DNA of 64,000 bases, taken from assembly GCA_964633865.1 (NCBI GenBank), contig CAZWIJ010000002.1, positions 628 to 64,627 on the forward strand, in the 5' to 3' direction. The stretch is from an uncultured Candidatus Saccharibacteria bacterium (GTDB taxonomy: Bacteria > Patescibacteriota > Minisyncoccia > SW-4-49-11). The position numbers were made by a program, and so were the translations under genes. How positions within the stretch are numbered: the first letter of the stretch is position 1; every line of letters begins with the position of its first letter. Shown here piece by piece: positions 27,631 through 39,250 of the stretch. The notes beneath the pieces are model-generated. The model was given only the letters and a program-made list of their open reading frames with translations, had not been told where the DNA came from and searched no databases.

Positions 27631-28962
27631 TTATTTCACAAATTCACTTACACTATCTGTAATATTTTGTTCTCCCTTCAGAATACTATCTATGGACTCC
27701 ACTATTCTTTTGTCTTCCTCATAATTATTGGGTTGTTTCCAACTCTGAGCTGTCAATATTTGATCTGCAAATACTCCATAAGTTGGATCCTGTTTTATCG
27801 TATTAACAAGATCTATCCTTGGACTAACTCTTTTAGTGAGTTCAAAATATTTTTGAGATGCTTCTTTGGAAGTAAGAAATTTCAAAAATTTATAAGATGA
27901 TTCAGAATTTTGTGATCTTTTAGCTACAGTATATCCCCAATAATTAGCATAATTAACAGGCAATATACTTGGATCATCTGATATCTGAGGTATTTTGGAT
28001 ACTCCATAATTTAATCTTGGTGATAATGTGGCTAATTGCTCTATATGATATCCATATCCTATCATCATAGCAGCTCTCTTTTGAGCGAACACATCTAGAG
28101 AGTAATTCTGAGCCAAATTCCAAGTATAAAGTGTACTTCTAGGATTAGCAAAATCTGTATAAAATTTTAAAACATTTTCAGCTGATGAAAGATAGTTTTT
28201 TGTTATTTCACTTCCTTCTCTATATTGTATAGTTCCACTTAAATCTATTCCTCCTTGTAACATAAGGAGAGATATAATATCTGGAGATCTTGCAATATTT
28301 GCACCAGCACCCATAGTTATACCAGCTTGAACAATATTTCCATTTAAATCAATTTTTGTTAATTGTTTAGATAAATTTTGAACTTCTTCCCAAGTTGTGG
28401 GTGGATCTTGTATATTTTCAATATAATATAAGTCCTTATTATAAAAGAATGCTAGTGTATCTATAAATAAAGGGAATCCCCAAATTTTTTCATCTTTTAT
28501 AAAATCATTAGGAACTACTTTCACAAAAGAACTGTAATACTCATCAAGAGTCATGACTGAATCTGGCATTGGTTGAGCTAGATTCATTATAGATGCCTGA
28601 TATGGCCATGTATGATGTATAGCAAATATATCAGGGCCTCTATCCTCAGCTAAAGCCTGTACTAACTCTTTTTCATAATCCGTAATTGCAACTTTTTTAT
28701 AGGTAATTTTTATTGTAGGATCTATAGACTGATAAGAGGTCGCTAGTTCATCTATAACTGATGATTCGTCCCATAATCCCCACATAATAATTTCTGTTTG
28801 TGGTACTTCTTCACCTTTTTTAACAACTGGTTCTTTATCTTTATTTTGAAACTGAGGACCTATAAATATCATACCTGCCACTGCTATTGCCATTACTAAA
28901 CCTGCAACAATAAACAACCATTTATTTTTTTCAAATGTATTTAATGAATGATTTGATGCCAT
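27631..28962 (-). CDS. Membrane-anchored extracellular solute-binding protein (ABC-type, family 1-like)
   Basis: N-terminal TM anchor, then IIMWGLWDE...ITYKKV..., length and composition typical of sugar-type SBPs. No cognate permease or ATPase adjacent. Confidence 0.45.
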   Translation of the reverse strand: MASNHSLNTFEKNKWLFIVAGLVMAIAVAGMIFIGPQFQNKDKEPVVKKGEEVPQTEIIMWGLWDESSVIDELATSYQSIDPTIKITYKKVAITDYEKELVQALAEDRGPDIFAIHHTWPYQASIMNLAQPMPDSVMTLDEYYSSFVKVVPNDFIKDEKIWGFPLFIDTLAFFYNKDLYYIENIQDPPTTWEEVQNLSKQLTKIDLNGNIVQAGITMGAGANIARSPDIISLLMLQGGIDLSGTIQYREGSEITKNYLSSAENVLKFYTDFANPRSTLYTWNLAQNYSLDVFAQKRAAMMIGYGYHIEQLATLSPRLNYGVSKIPQISDDPSILPVNYANYWGYTVAKRSQNSESSYKFLKFLTSKEASQKYFELTKRVSPRIDLVNTIKQDPTYGVFADQILTAQSWKQPNNYEEDKRIVESIDSILKGEQNITDSVSEFVK

Positions 28963-29028
28963 ATATTGTTTTTATTTAAAAATTTTATCTGCAAATATAT
29001 TATATCATTAATAAGTATATTTACAAAA

Positions 29029-31512
29029 TTATTCTTCTTCCCCCTCCATATCCTTGTCAGATATAGCTATTGAAGCCACTATATCATCTTTTGATAATCT
29101 CATAACTTTAACTCCTTGGGTATCTCTTCCTAGTGTAGGAATATCTTTTTTGATATTCACTTTTATAATATTACCACCTTTAGAAATAGCAATAACTTCA
29201 TCATTTGTTTTATTAACAACCCTTGCTCCAACAACTAACCCTGTTTTATCTGTTACTTTAGATACTCTTACTCCCATTCCTCCTCTATTTTGGACTTTAT
29301 AGTAATTTAATTTACTCTTTTTACCATAACCTTTTTCAGTCATAATCAAAAGCCAACCTTCTTCATCATTACTGTTGATTTTTTCCATACCAATAATCTC
29401 ATCTTCACCTTTTAGGGACATAGCTTTTACACCTCCTGTAGTTCTTCCCATTGCTCTTAAATCTAATTCTGCGAATCTAATTGCTTTTCCTAATTTAGTA
29501 AATATAAATACATCTGTTTTTTCACCATGAGAAATTGCATTTACAAGTTCATCATTTTCTTTTAGGTTAATCGCAATAATTCCACCTTTTCTAACATTAT
29601 CATAAACTGATTCTTCACTTTTTTTGATTGTAGCATTCTTAGTAACAATAGTTATATACTTTCCATCATTTTGCTCGGTTGGTAAAATAGATTTAATACT
29701 TTCTGTTTTACCCAATTCTAAGAAATTAACTATAGCTTGTCCTTTAGATATTCTTGATCCTTCTGGGATTTCATATGCCTTTAATTTCAAAACTCTCCCT
29801 GTATTAGTAAAGAATAATAATTTTGTATGTGTAGTAGTACTTAAGAAAATAGATACAAAATCATCATCTCTAGTCTTAACACCAGAGATTCCAACTCCAC
29901 CTCTTCTTTGAGATCTATATTCTTTGGGATCAACTCTTTTAATATAACCATCATTTGTCAAAATTATAATTGTAGGTTCATTTGGAATAAAGTCTATTTC
30001 CCTAAAATCATCTAAACTATGATCAAATACTTTAGTTTTTCTATCATCTCCATATACCTCAATCACTTCTCTCAAATCATTTTTAATTATATCTAAAATT
30101 CTTTGATCAGATGCTAAAATAGATTCCAATTCTTTAATTAATGCCATGAGTTCAGCTAACTCATAAAGAATCTTTTGTCTTTCCAAACCTGCCAAAGTTT
30201 GAAGTCTCATATCCAAAATAGCCTGAACTTGAATCAAACTAAACTCAAACCTCTTAATCAAATTTACTCTAGCTATCTCTTTTGTCTCAGAACCTCTAAT
30301 TATAGAAATTACTTCATCAATAAAATCTAATGCTTTTTTTAATCCCTCTAAGATATGAGCTCTATCTTTAGCTTGTTTTAATTCGAAAGCTGTCTTTCTT
30401 ACAATCACTTCTTTTCTATGAGCAATATAATATTCCAAAGCTTGTTTCAAAGACAAAGTTCTTGGCTCGATTCCATTTACTAGAGCTAACATATTTACAT
30501 GATAAGTCTTTTGTAAATCAGTTAACTTATAAAGTTTATTTAAGACCTTCTGTGGATAAGCATCTGGTTTTAACTCAATCACAACCCTTACACCATCTTT
30601 ATCTGATTCATCTCTCAAGTCTTTAATTCCATCTAATCTTTTGTCTCTTACCAAATCTGCCATCTTCTCTATCAAAGTAGCTTTATTAGTCTGATAAGTC
30701 ATTTCAGTAACTATAATATTAAAGCCTTTTTTCCCTCTCTCTACAATATCTGCTTTAGCTCTTGTAACTATAGGGCCTCTACCAGTAGAATAAACTTGTT
30801 GGATATTCTGAAAATTATAAATTTCTCCTCCAGTAGGAAAATCTGGACCTTTTACAAATTTTAATAATTCATCGACTGTGATATTAGGATTTTCAATAAT
30901 TGCTATTGTTGCATTACAAATTTCTCGAAGATTATGAGGAGGAATATTTGTAGCCATACCAACAGCAATACCAGTAACTCCATTAATTAAAAGTTGTGGG
31001 ATTCTTGAAGGCAATACTGTAGGCTCTGTCTCACTACCATCATAATTAGGAATGAAATTAACTGTATCTTTCTCAATATCAACAAGCATCTCTCTTGCTA
31101 TCTTGTCCATCTTTGACTCTGTATACCTCATAGCAGCCGCTGAGTCTCCATCCATAGAACCGAAGTTACCTTGACCTTTTACCAAAGTATATCTCAAAGA
31201 AAAATCTTGAGCCATTCTAACCAAAGAATCATAAACAGCAGTATCCCCATGAGGATGATATTTACCAAGCACTTCTCCAACTATGGTAGCTGATTTTCTA
31301 AATTTAGCTTCAGGTTTTAACCCCAATTTATGCATAGCATAAAGAATTCTTCTATGAACTGGCTTTAACCCGTCTCTAACATCAGGTAAAGCTCTATCAA
31401 CAATCACACTCATAGAATAATCAAGATAAGATCTCTCCATCTCTAATACAATATCTGTCTCTTCGATATAACCTAATTTTTCTATAAATTCTCTTTTATT
31501 TGAATTTTCCAT
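29029..31512 (-). CDS. gyrA: DNA gyrase subunit A
   Basis: [20 protein letters not shown]. Catalytic Tyr region AAMRYTE. GyrA-box QRRGGVG in the C-terminal beta-pinwheel. Confidence 0.9.
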   Translation of the reverse strand: MENSNKREFIEKLGYIEETDIVLEMERSYLDYSMSVIVDRALPDVRDGLKPVHRRILYAMHKLGLKPEAKFRKSATIVGEVLGKYHPHGDTAVYDSLVRMAQDFSLRYTLVKGQGNFGSMDGDSAAAMRYTESKMDKIAREMLVDIEKDTVNFIPNYDGSETEPTVLPSRIPQLLINGVTGIAVGMATNIPPHNLREICNATIAIIENPNITVDELLKFVKGPDFPTGGEIYNFQNIQQVYSTGRGPIVTRAKADIVERGKKGFNIIVTEMTYQTNKATLIEKMADLVRDKRLDGIKDLRDESDKDGVRVVIELKPDAYPQKVLNKLYKLTDLQKTYHVNMLALVNGIEPRTLSLKQALEYYIAHRKEVIVRKTAFELKQAKDRAHILEGLKKALDFIDEVISIIRGSETKEIARVNLIKRFEFSLIQVQAILDMRLQTLAGLERQKILYELAELMALIKELESILASDQRILDIIKNDLREVIEVYGDDRKTKVFDHSLDDFREIDFIPNEPTIIILTNDGYIKRVDPKEYRSQRRGGVGISGVKTRDDDFVSIFLSTTTHTKLLFFTNTGRVLKLKAYEIPEGSRISKGQAIVNFLELGKTESIKSILPTEQNDGKYITIVTKNATIKKSEESVYDNVRKGGIIAINLKENDELVNAISHGEKTDVFIFTKLGKAIRFAELDLRAMGRTTGGVKAMSLKGEDEIIGMEKINSNDEEGWLLIMTEKGYGKKSKLNYYKVQNRGGMGVRVSKVTDKTGLVVGARVVNKTNDEVIAISKGGNIIKVNIKKDIPTLGRDTQGVKVMRLSKDDIVASIAISDKDMEGEEE

Positions 31513-31520
31513 ACTAATTC

Positions 31521-32153
31521 TTAAATTTCAACTGATAATAATTTCACTTCCGTTGTGTCATAAGGTAATTCAGACTTCTTAACTGCATATTCACTCGCAA
31601 AATCTTTTTTGAATCCATACTCATTAGCAAATCCATCTATAGGATTTTTTTCAACTGAGAAATCCTCATACTGATAATTCATAGGAACCACTACTCTTGG
31701 TTCAATTGAATTGACTAAAGAATTTGCTTTATTACTATTTAGGACTCCAGATCCACCTACTGGAATAAATAGTATATCAGGGTTTCCAACAAACCCAATA
31801 TCTTCACCATCAAGCTCTCTATCTAGGGAACCTAAATAAACAATTAACATATTATTAATTGACATAGAAACTATATTTGTTTTTAAATTATCTAATCTTT
31901 TAATTGATTTTACAATAATAGTTGCTGATTTATAAGAATATTCTCCTGCCCCATCTATCAAAAAACAACCTGATTTATTAACTTTTTCTTGTATAAAATG
32001 ACTATATGTTATTAATTTATAAGGTAGTATCAAAAGAGAATCTTTATCTATGACAACTGTTAACTTATTATTATGTTCATATAAACCAAAGACTACTTTA
32101 ACATTTGATGTCTTTATTGAAACTGATTCCTCACCATGCCACTTAATTTTCAT
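31521..32153 (-). CDS. Hypothetical protein, possibly degenerate MBL-fold (UPF0173-like) without metal-binding His motif
   Basis: [13 protein letters not shown]...[32 protein letters not shown] resembles the ends of MBL-fold hydrolases, but no HxHxDH motif is present. Confidence 0.3.
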   Translation of the reverse strand: MKIKWHGEESVSIKTSNVKVVFGLYEHNNKLTVVIDKDSLLILPYKLITYSHFIQEKVNKSGCFLIDGAGEYSYKSATIIVKSIKRLDNLKTNIVSMSINNMLIVYLGSLDRELDGEDIGFVGNPDILFIPVGGSGVLNSNKANSLVNSIEPRVVVPMNYQYEDFSVEKNPIDGFANEYGFKKDFASEYAVKKSELPYDTTEVKLLSVEI

Positions 32154-32162
32154 ATTCTTATT

Positions 32163-33659
32163 CTAATTTAAAGTTTTTTCTAATAATTCTCTTGCTATTT
32201 GAGGATTAGCACTTCCCCTACTTGTCTTCATAACCTGACCAACCAAAAACTGAACTGAATTTTGATTGCCAGATTTATAGTCATTCACAACCTTTTCATT
32301 ATCTATAATAACTTGATCAACTATAGACTGTAAAGCTCCTGCATCATTTACTTGCCTCAAACTTTTTTCTTCAATAATATCACTTGGATCAGAGCCTTTT
32401 TGGAACATTTCTGCAAGAACAGTCTGAGCACCAGAAGAGGATATTTCACCACTAGCAACAATTGTAATAAATTCAGCATAATTTTCTGCAGTAATTCTTG
32501 GATCAACAAAATCAGATCTATTCTCTCCATTCATTCGAATAAGCTCAGTCAAAAGGTAGTTAGTAGCTAGCTTCACTAATTTTAGATATTTATCACTTTT
32601 AAGAGGATTTTCTATATCTTGATTATTTATACTAAACCACTCTAATAATTCAGAAATAGTATTTTCATAATAATTTGCCAAATATCTATCTTTGGTAATA
32701 GTCTCTGCTTGTTGTTTTGTCAAACCATATTCAGATACAAATCTTTTTCTCTTAGAAAAAGGTAATTCTCTCATACTTTGATTAGCTTCCAGAACAATTT
32801 CTTTAGTATCAAAAGGTGGAATATCTGGTTCCATAAAATACCTATAATCTTTGGCATTCTCTTTTTTTCTTTGAGAAAAAGTCTCTGATTTATTATCATC
32901 CCAACCTCTAGTTTCTTGAATAATTTTTTCTCCATTTTCTAATAATGCAGTTTGCCTTTCTATCTCATAATTAATACAATTCTCTACAACTTTAAAAGAG
33001 TTTAGATTTTTAATCTCAACTTTAGTACCAAAGACTTCTGTTCCCACTTCTCTGAGTGAAATATTAACTTCACATCGCATTTGACCTTTACTCATATCAG
33101 CATCAGAAATATCTAAATGTTGCAAAATTAACTGCAATTCTTCACAAAAAACTCTAGCTTCCTCACCATCTCTAATATCTGGTTCTGTTACAAGCTCCAT
33201 CAAAGGTATTCCTGCTCTATTGTAATCTACATAGCTATTAGAATCTCCAGTGATATGAGTAAGTTTACCAGTATCTTCTTCCATATGAATTCTGGTAATT
33301 CTAATATTTTTTTCTCCTTTACTTGTCTCAATAGTCATATTTCCTTCATAACACATTGGTTTTTCGTACTGTGTAATCTGATAACCTTTAGGCAAATCTG
33401 GGTAAAAATAACTTTTTCTTTCAAACCAAGTATATTCTTCTAGTTTACAATTAAGAGCTTTCCCAAATCTTGCAATCTGAACTAAAGCTTGCTTGTTAGG
33501 AACAGGCAAAGTCCCAGGATGAGCAGTACAGACAGGACAGATATGTGTATTTGGAGTTTCATCTAATCCTTTGTTATTTTTACAAGAACAAAACATTTTT
33601 GACTTAGTATTGGCTTCAACATGAACTTCCATACCAATAATAGCTTCGTATTTAGGCAT
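32163..33659 (-). CDS. gatB: Asp/Glu-tRNA amidotransferase subunit B
   Basis: N-terminus YEAIIGMEVHVEANTKSKMFCSC. Tail domain ending with a YqeY-like region. Confidence 0.9.
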   Translation of the reverse strand: MPKYEAIIGMEVHVEANTKSKMFCSCKNNKGLDETPNTHICPVCTAHPGTLPVPNKQALVQIARFGKALNCKLEEYTWFERKSYFYPDLPKGYQITQYEKPMCYEGNMTIETSKGEKNIRITRIHMEEDTGKLTHITGDSNSYVDYNRAGIPLMELVTEPDIRDGEEARVFCEELQLILQHLDISDADMSKGQMRCEVNISLREVGTEVFGTKVEIKNLNSFKVVENCINYEIERQTALLENGEKIIQETRGWDDNKSETFSQRKKENAKDYRYFMEPDIPPFDTKEIVLEANQSMRELPFSKRKRFVSEYGLTKQQAETITKDRYLANYYENTISELLEWFSINNQDIENPLKSDKYLKLVKLATNYLLTELIRMNGENRSDFVDPRITAENYAEFITIVASGEISSSGAQTVLAEMFQKGSDPSDIIEEKSLRQVNDAGALQSIVDQVIIDNEKVVNDYKSGNQNSVQFLVGQVMKTSRGSANPQIARELLEKTLN

Positions 33660-33757
33660 AATTCTATTTAACTATTTATTATATGTATTTAGTATATCAA
33701 ATAACAATGACTTTATCAAATTATTTTTAAAAAGTTAAACTTGAATCAAAATAAAAA

Positions 33758-33787
33758 GCAACTCTTTTTTGGAGAGTTACTTTTTTT
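33758..33787 (-). terminator. Hairpin terminator downstream of 33798-34658
   Basis: aactct-ttttttgg-agagtt flanked by A/T runs. The minus-strand reading ends gctttttatttt. Confidence 0.45.
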
Positions 33788-33797
33788 ATGAATTTAT

Positions 33798-34658
33798 TTA
33801 TTTCTCAGACAGTATTTTATCGAAATTTTCTACAAATTCTATACTTTGATAAAAAGATATATTAAATCCAGCATCATCTTTATTTTTAAATCCAGCCAAT
33901 GCTGAACCATCTTGGCCTAACTCAATAAAAAAATATTTTGTCTTACTTTTATCAGATGAATCAAAGAAAAAGCTTGCTCCACCAGCTAAAGCATAAGACT
34001 TTGCACTATTTGGACAATTAATTTCTGAAGCTAAATAAGGGTTATCTTCAATTTCTTTTTCTGTTCTACCAAATTGTGTTGCTTCAATATATACTGTTTT
34101 AAAAAACTCATTATTTTGTTTTGCTAAACATTTTTTAGGATCAGCTCCACTTAAAAAATCTTTTTCTACAGTTTGTAATAAAGTTAAATTTGTATCTTTT
34201 TGTAATACTTCAATAGTATCATCATCTCCCACAGTCAATATATTTCCTGATTCTTTGACAGAATAATTTGAATACATATTATTATAAGGATCACTTGGAA
34301 GATAAGTAAAACCTATTCCCAAATTTTCTGAATAGAATATTTTTGTTCCTTCAACTTTATTCTTAAGGTCAAATATTTCTTCTAATTCAGCTTGAGTATA
34401 TTCTTTTTTAACCTCCTCGACTACAGGACCTTCATCTGTCTCCATAGAATCAACCATAGAACTTTCTTCTGTATTAGAAGGTTCTTCTAATGTATTTTCT
34501 TCGGTATCTACCATTACCATTTCTGTTGTTATATTCTTTTTATTTAAATCAAGATGATTTTCACCAGATATAGCTAATAATAGAAACATTGGCACCATTA
34601 ACAATAATGCTATTACTAAAAAGGGTACTTTGACATGTGCTTCTAATAAATTTTTCAT
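33798..34658 (-). CDS. Secreted/signal-anchored acidic protein (paralog A)
   Basis: N-terminal 45 aa identical to the next gene. Acidic low-complexity linker. Shared EEVKKEYTQAELEEIFDLKNKVEGTKIFYS block. Confidence 0.45.
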   Translation of the reverse strand: MKNLLEAHVKVPFLVIALLLMVPMFLLLAISGENHLDLNKKNITTEMVMVDTEENTLEEPSNTEESSMVDSMETDEGPVVEEVKKEYTQAELEEIFDLKNKVEGTKIFYSENLGIGFTYLPSDPYNNMYSNYSVKESGNILTVGDDDTIEVLQKDTNLTLLQTVEKDFLSGADPKKCLAKQNNEFFKTVYIEATQFGRTEKEIEDNPYLASEINCPNSAKSYALAGGASFFFDSSDKSKTKYFFIELGQDGSALAGFKNKDDAGFNISFYQSIEFVENFDKILSEK

Positions 34659-34674
34659 ATATATTATTTTTAAT
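34508..34674. repeat. ~170-bp near-identical direct repeat covering the 5' coding end, start codon and upstream leader, copy 1 (copy 2 at ~35352-35520)
   Basis: The two paralog genes have identical N-terminal 45 codons plus a conserved catatatattattttt leader. Confidence 0.75.
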
Positions 34675-34685
34675 TATTATAATTG

Positions 34686-35504
34686 TTATTTTAGAAATCT
34701 TATTGACTCTGTAAAATGTTGTTTTTCAATACCATTAGAAATATATCCATCTTGTGTACTATATAATACATAAGAATATTTAGAAGCATTTAATTTATCT
34801 TCGATAAAATAACTAGCAGCATTAGTGACAGCATAAGGTTCTGCTGAAGAACAATTATAAGCACTTTCCCAATATGGGATATCATTATCTTCTGTGGTTA
34901 TATAATTTATCCTTAAAATATTATGTGCTTCATTATTTATAAACCCCCAATCTTGTGGCTCAACAAAACATTTTTCAGGATTAATTCCTTTTAAAAATCT
35001 ATCTTCTATAGCTTGTTGTAAAGTCTGATCAGATTTCTTTTCAAATACTTCAATTCTAGGAACATTATCAAATTCACTACCTTGAATCCTTACCACATTA
35101 CCAGCTTCAATAAATTTAATTTCTTGTTTATCATTACCATATGGATAAGGTAAATAAGTAAACCCTATTCCTAAATTCTTTGAATAAAATATTTTTGTTC
35201 CTTCAACTTTATTCTTAAGATCAAATATTTCTTCCAATTCTGCTTGGGTATATTCTTTTTTTACTTCTTCTACTGGTGTATCAATATTTTTAGTATCCGT
35301 AATAGTACTTTCTTCTGTCTCCATAGAATCAAGCATAGAGCTTTCTTCTCTATCTACCATTACAACCTCCGTTGTTGTATTCTTTTTATTTAAATCAAGA
35401 TGATTTTCACCAGATATTGCTAATAATAGGAACATTGGTACCATTAACAATAATGCTACTACTAAAAAAGGTACTTTGACATGTGCTTCTAATAAATTTT
35501 TCAT
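34686..35504 (-). CDS. Secreted/signal-anchored acidic protein (paralog B)
   Basis: Same N-terminus and central block as paralog A. Divergent C-terminal domain. Confidence 0.45.
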   Translation of the reverse strand: MKNLLEAHVKVPFLVVALLLMVPMFLLLAISGENHLDLNKKNTTTEVVMVDREESSMLDSMETEESTITDTKNIDTPVEEVKKEYTQAELEEIFDLKNKVEGTKIFYSKNLGIGFTYLPYPYGNDKQEIKFIEAGNVVRIQGSEFDNVPRIEVFEKKSDQTLQQAIEDRFLKGINPEKCFVEPQDWGFINNEAHNILRINYITTEDNDIPYWESAYNCSSAEPYAVTNAASYFIEDKLNASKYSYVLYSTQDGYISNGIEKQHFTESIRFLK

Positions 35505-35701
35505 ATATATTATTTTTTTATAAATTTGTAATTATTTTTTGATTACTGTAGATTACTATCAATAACTTATTTATTTTGTTCACATATCTTTAGATTATTA
35601 TTTTTAATATTTTATAACTATATATTCTCTTCATATTTTAGTATATAATTATATCTTGTTTTTATTTTAACATATTTTTGATATTTTCAAAATATATTAT
35701 A

Positions 35702-36865
35702 TTAATTCAAAGCTTTAAGCACTTCATACACCAAATATAAAACATAGCTAGACATGAGAACAATAGAAATTAATTTACCTAGATTAAATCTTTTGGCTAT
35801 CAAGACAGCTATTAGAGTGCTTGCAGAAGCAATTAATAAAATTATAGAGCTATCTAAATTACTAGTATCTACTGGTATAGGCTCAAACCCAAAAAGTACT
35901 AATCCAAAAAACCATGTTAGACCTAAATTTGCTAAAATATCAAAAATATTTGAACCAACTGCATTACTAATTGCAGTATCACCATAACCTTCTCTAGCAG
36001 TCTTTACTGAAGCTAATAAATCTGGAACACTCGTACCTACCGCTAATACCGTCAAACTAATTACTACTGGACTAATACCCAGAATATTTGAAAATTCTAC
36101 TGCAGAATTTACCATCAATGTACTAAATAATATTACAAATCCAACACTAAGTAAAACATTAAAAATCAATTTGAAATAATTAAAAGTTTTATTATCTACT
36201 CTAAAAAACAAAAAACTGAATATTTTAGCTACTAAATGATCTAAACTAATAAATGGATTTTTATTCTTATCTAAAGTCCAATTCTGATCTTTGATATGGA
36301 TCAAAATTTCTTCTTCTGTATCTTTTTCTTTAGCTAACTCTTTTCTAGTCTCTTCTTCTTCGTCAATAAAACTACTATGAACTTTATCATTTAAGAATTG
36401 TAATATAAATTTCCATTTTAGAACTATTCCAAAATAAATTCCAAATGATACCAAAAGAAACAAAGATTCTGTTAAAGTTACTAGTGAATCTTTTACTACA
36501 AACCAAACTAATAAAACTGAAAAAACATAATATAATAAATCTCTGATTGTTGATGGCCAAGATAATTTTTTTGAACCAAACCAGCTAGAAGCTCCCACTA
36601 TAAATAATATTGAGAATAATGCTGAACCAATAACAGTTCCGGGCCCCATAGAAGCTTGATTCCCTCCTGTAGTAGCTGCCAGAAATAAGCTGATCGCTGA
36701 TACAGATAATTCTGGAGCAGAAGAAACAAAGCTAATAATTGTACCTGTTTGGTCATCAGTCCAACTTTGTCTATATTTAAGAGTATAAATATTAGGTATC
36801 AAAAATCTATCTACTATCAAGCTAAGCCCCCAAAATGTAAGTATAATTACGAATAAATAAAACAT
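35702..36865 (-). CDS. Na+/Ca2+ exchanger family (CaCA) membrane protein
   Basis: Alpha-repeat GTSVPDLLASVKTAREGYGDTAISNAVGSNIFDI. A second alpha-repeat sits near the N-terminus (GTVIGSALFSILFIVG). Confidence 0.7.
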   Translation of the reverse strand: MFYLFVIILTFWGLSLIVDRFLIPNIYTLKYRQSWTDDQTGTIISFVSSAPELSVSAISLFLAATTGGNQASMGPGTVIGSALFSILFIVGASSWFGSKKLSWPSTIRDLLYYVFSVLLVWFVVKDSLVTLTESLFLLVSFGIYFGIVLKWKFILQFLNDKVHSSFIDEEEETRKELAKEKDTEEEILIHIKDQNWTLDKNKNPFISLDHLVAKIFSFLFFRVDNKTFNYFKLIFNVLLSVGFVILFSTLMVNSAVEFSNILGISPVVISLTVLAVGTSVPDLLASVKTAREGYGDTAISNAVGSNIFDILANLGLTWFFGLVLFGFEPIPVDTSNLDSSIILLIASASTLIAVLIAKRFNLGKLISIVLMSSYVLYLVYEVLKALN

Positions 36866-37015
36866 AAGTATATATTATTAATATTTTAATTAAAAATGTA
36901 GCGATTCATTTATTTTGTTTTTGAATCATACTCTATATGATAGCATATTTTTTGATTTTTAGTAATTTATTTAAAATGAAATATACAAAATTAATGTTAT
37001 TAAGAATATAATACT

Positions 37016-37996
37016 TTAATTCATCTTTAGTCTTTTATCCAAATTTACAGAAAAATAACCAAGACCAATAAATACAAATCCTAAAATAATCAAAGAAATT
37101 GGCCATCCCAATGAAGAAGCAAAATATCTATTTGTAATATAAATTATATACCCTGCTAGGAATAATGAGTTAATAATTAATATCCATCTACTCTTTAAGT
37201 ATAAAGACAATGAATATACTCCTATACTAATTAGAATATATAAAAACTGCCAAAAGACAATTTCTACTTTTGAGATAGAACCTCCAAGAATAAAAATAGT
37301 ACCGAATATATTAGTCAATGGAATCAAATATTTATTAAATGTATTCTCAAAATATTTAGATAAAATTATATAAATAAAACCAATTAATACGAACACCATA
37401 AAAATAGTATCTTGTATTATAAAATTATTATCATCTAATACAAAGAAATATGTCATAAAGAAAAATATTGTCAAATTAAGTAAAGTAAAAAAAGTTAATA
37501 CAGCTTGCTTCATTGAGTAATTGATTCCAAGATAAAATAAAGAAATTACACCAAAAGCCAGCATAGGAACTAATAAAGTATTCTCAGCTAAAATGAAATT
37601 TTTATTTAATTCATAAATTAAAACTGATGTTCCAATCAAATTAACAATTCCTCCTATAAAATAAAATACTATACTTAATAAATTCTTATTCTTTCTTTGA
37701 AGAAAAATTGAATTGAATGTAAAGATAATTCCTAATCCCAATGTTATTAAAATTCTGAGAAAAGAAGGGACATCAACCCAAATATTATTTAAAAATACTA
37801 CTATTCCAATTAAAGCAATAATTATTCCTAAAATATATAAAACTATATTCAAAGATAATTTATAAGTTCCAGTATTTGTTAGATTAACAATATTTAGAAT
37901 TTCTGCCCTAGAAATTTCTTTCTTTTCTAATCTAATTTTTAAATCTTGTAAAAATTCTTCTTTATTCATGATATTATTATTTATTCTTTTATCCAA
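37016..37996 (-). CDS. Hypothetical polytopic membrane protein
   Basis: At least 8 hydrophobic helices. Overlaps the upstream gene by 16 nt (operon). Confidence 0.35.
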   Translation of the reverse strand: MDKRINNNIMNKEEFLQDLKIRLEKKEISRAEILNIVNLTNTGTYKLSLNIVLYILGIIIALIGIVVFLNNIWVDVPSFLRILITLGLGIIFTFNSIFLQRKNKNLLSIVFYFIGGIVNLIGTSVLIYELNKNFILAENTLLVPMLAFGVISLFYLGINYSMKQAVLTFFTLLNLTIFFFMTYFFVLDDNNFIIQDTIFMVFVLIGFIYIILSKYFENTFNKYLIPLTNIFGTIFILGGSISKVEIVFWQFLYILISIGVYSLSLYLKSRWILIINSLFLAGYIIYITNRYFASSLGWPISLIILGFVFIGLGYFSVNLDKRLKMN

Positions 37997-38547
37997 CCTA
38001 AAAATTTATAATTATTATCACCATAATAAAACTCATTATTTGGCAACTTAAGATCTAACTTTTTGCTAAGATTATCTTTGACTAAATAATATTGTCTTTC
38101 TCCACCAGAGCTAAAAGGTCCACCATAACTGTTTTTATTAACAACTTCATAACCATCATCTGAAGTAATTTTAGGATTTATATTTAATTTTTCTAATTCT
38201 TCTATAGTGAGCTCAGTACTTAAATTTTCTTTATTATTATGCTTAAAGAATTTAACCTCCTTATTTTCATCTTTATCTAAAATTTTGTTACCATTTATAT
38301 CCTGATCTTGTCCAATTTCTTGTACAACTAATTTATTATTTTCTATTCTATAGTTATTTTTTATAAAATTACATATTGGTTCTCCATTACTATAACCTGA
38401 ATCCTTACAAGTAAGATATATAAAGTTATAATCTGTTTTCACATAATAAGATGGAATATATACTACACCAAGCATTACTAAAATAAATACTATAGGAAGA
38501 GAAAAAGATATGATTATTATAAGATTGTCTTTCAAGAATTTTTTCAT
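37981..38547 (-). CDS. Hypothetical signal-anchored secreted protein
   Basis: Single N-terminal TM, then a polar domain. Confidence 0.35.
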   Translation of the reverse strand: MKKFLKDNLIIIISFSLPIVFILVMLGVVYIPSYYVKTDYNFIYLTCKDSGYSNGEPICNFIKNNYRIENNKLVVQEIGQDQDINGNKILDKDENKEVKFFKHNNKENLSTELTIEELEKLNINPKITSDDGYEVVNKNSYGGPFSSGGERQYYLVKDNLSKKLDLKLPNNEFYYGDNNYKFLGWIKE

Positions 38548-38644
38548 ATATATAAAAATTAAATATGTTATTAATTTTATTATACTCTTTTTTATTAAAA
38601 ATAAAAGAAAAGAAGATTTATATAAATCTTCTTTTTACTAAAAA

Positions 38645-39079
38645 TTAATTTCTTAAATTAAAAGTATTAACTTTTAATTCTGTTATTGAATCTTTAATAT
38701 CCAACTCTTCTGCTACAGCAGAAGTTATTACTAAGTCAGATTTGTTTTCGTAATTTAATCTAGCACTGACTCTTACTATTACTGACCTAGAATTTTTTAA
38801 GTTAGTAAGAATTATTGTCTCTCCAATAGACAAATTTTTATGAGCGGCAATAAATTTCTCAGTATTTAAAGTTTTTCCATTAAAAAAACTCTCATTAGAA
38901 TTTTTCTGACTAACACTAACCTTATATATGTACTCTTCTGTTCTTATTATATCTTCTTTCAAAGAATCTTTAATAAGTAGAACTGCAGACACAGCCATGC
39001 TTATACAAATCAGAAATACCATAAGTGATTCCAATGTAGTAATTTTTCTTATCTTTCTTTTTAGTCTTCTAAAAGACAT
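38645..39079 (-). CDS. RlpA-like DPBB domain protein, N-terminally anchored
   Basis: GKTLNTEKFIAAHKNLSIGETIILTNLKNSRSVIVRVSAR...ITSAVAEELDI matches the RlpA pattern TASGE.fd...tAAH..LpfGt.v.V.N..NgrsvvvRvNDRGP....r.iDLS..AA..L. Confidence 0.6.
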   Translation of the reverse strand: MSFRRLKRKIRKITTLESLMVFLICISMAVSAVLLIKDSLKEDIIRTEEYIYKVSVSQKNSNESFFNGKTLNTEKFIAAHKNLSIGETIILTNLKNSRSVIVRVSARLNYENKSDLVITSAVAEELDIKDSITELKVNTFNLRN

Positions 39080-39114
39080 ATGATACTCCTATCAAATAAA
39101 ATGTACTCTTAATT

Positions 39115-39143
39115 ATATTACACTAAAAATATCTATATGTCAA
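39115..39143 (-). promoter_or_regulatory. Sigma70-type promoter (TTGACA-17 nt-TAATAT) embedded in conserved 23-bp palindromic motif
   Basis: The minus strand reads TTGACA tatagatatttttagtg TAATAT, 36 nt upstream of the ATG at 39079. SD aggagt follows. The -35 lies in the palindrome tgtcaa-tattaa-ttgaca. Confidence 0.55.
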
Positions 39144-39250
39144 TATTAATTGACTAAATTACAAAAACCATCAGTGTATATTGAAATGTATCAAAAAAGA
39201 AGATTTTTTAAAAATCTTCTTAAACTTAAAAAAATTACTTATTTTTATAA

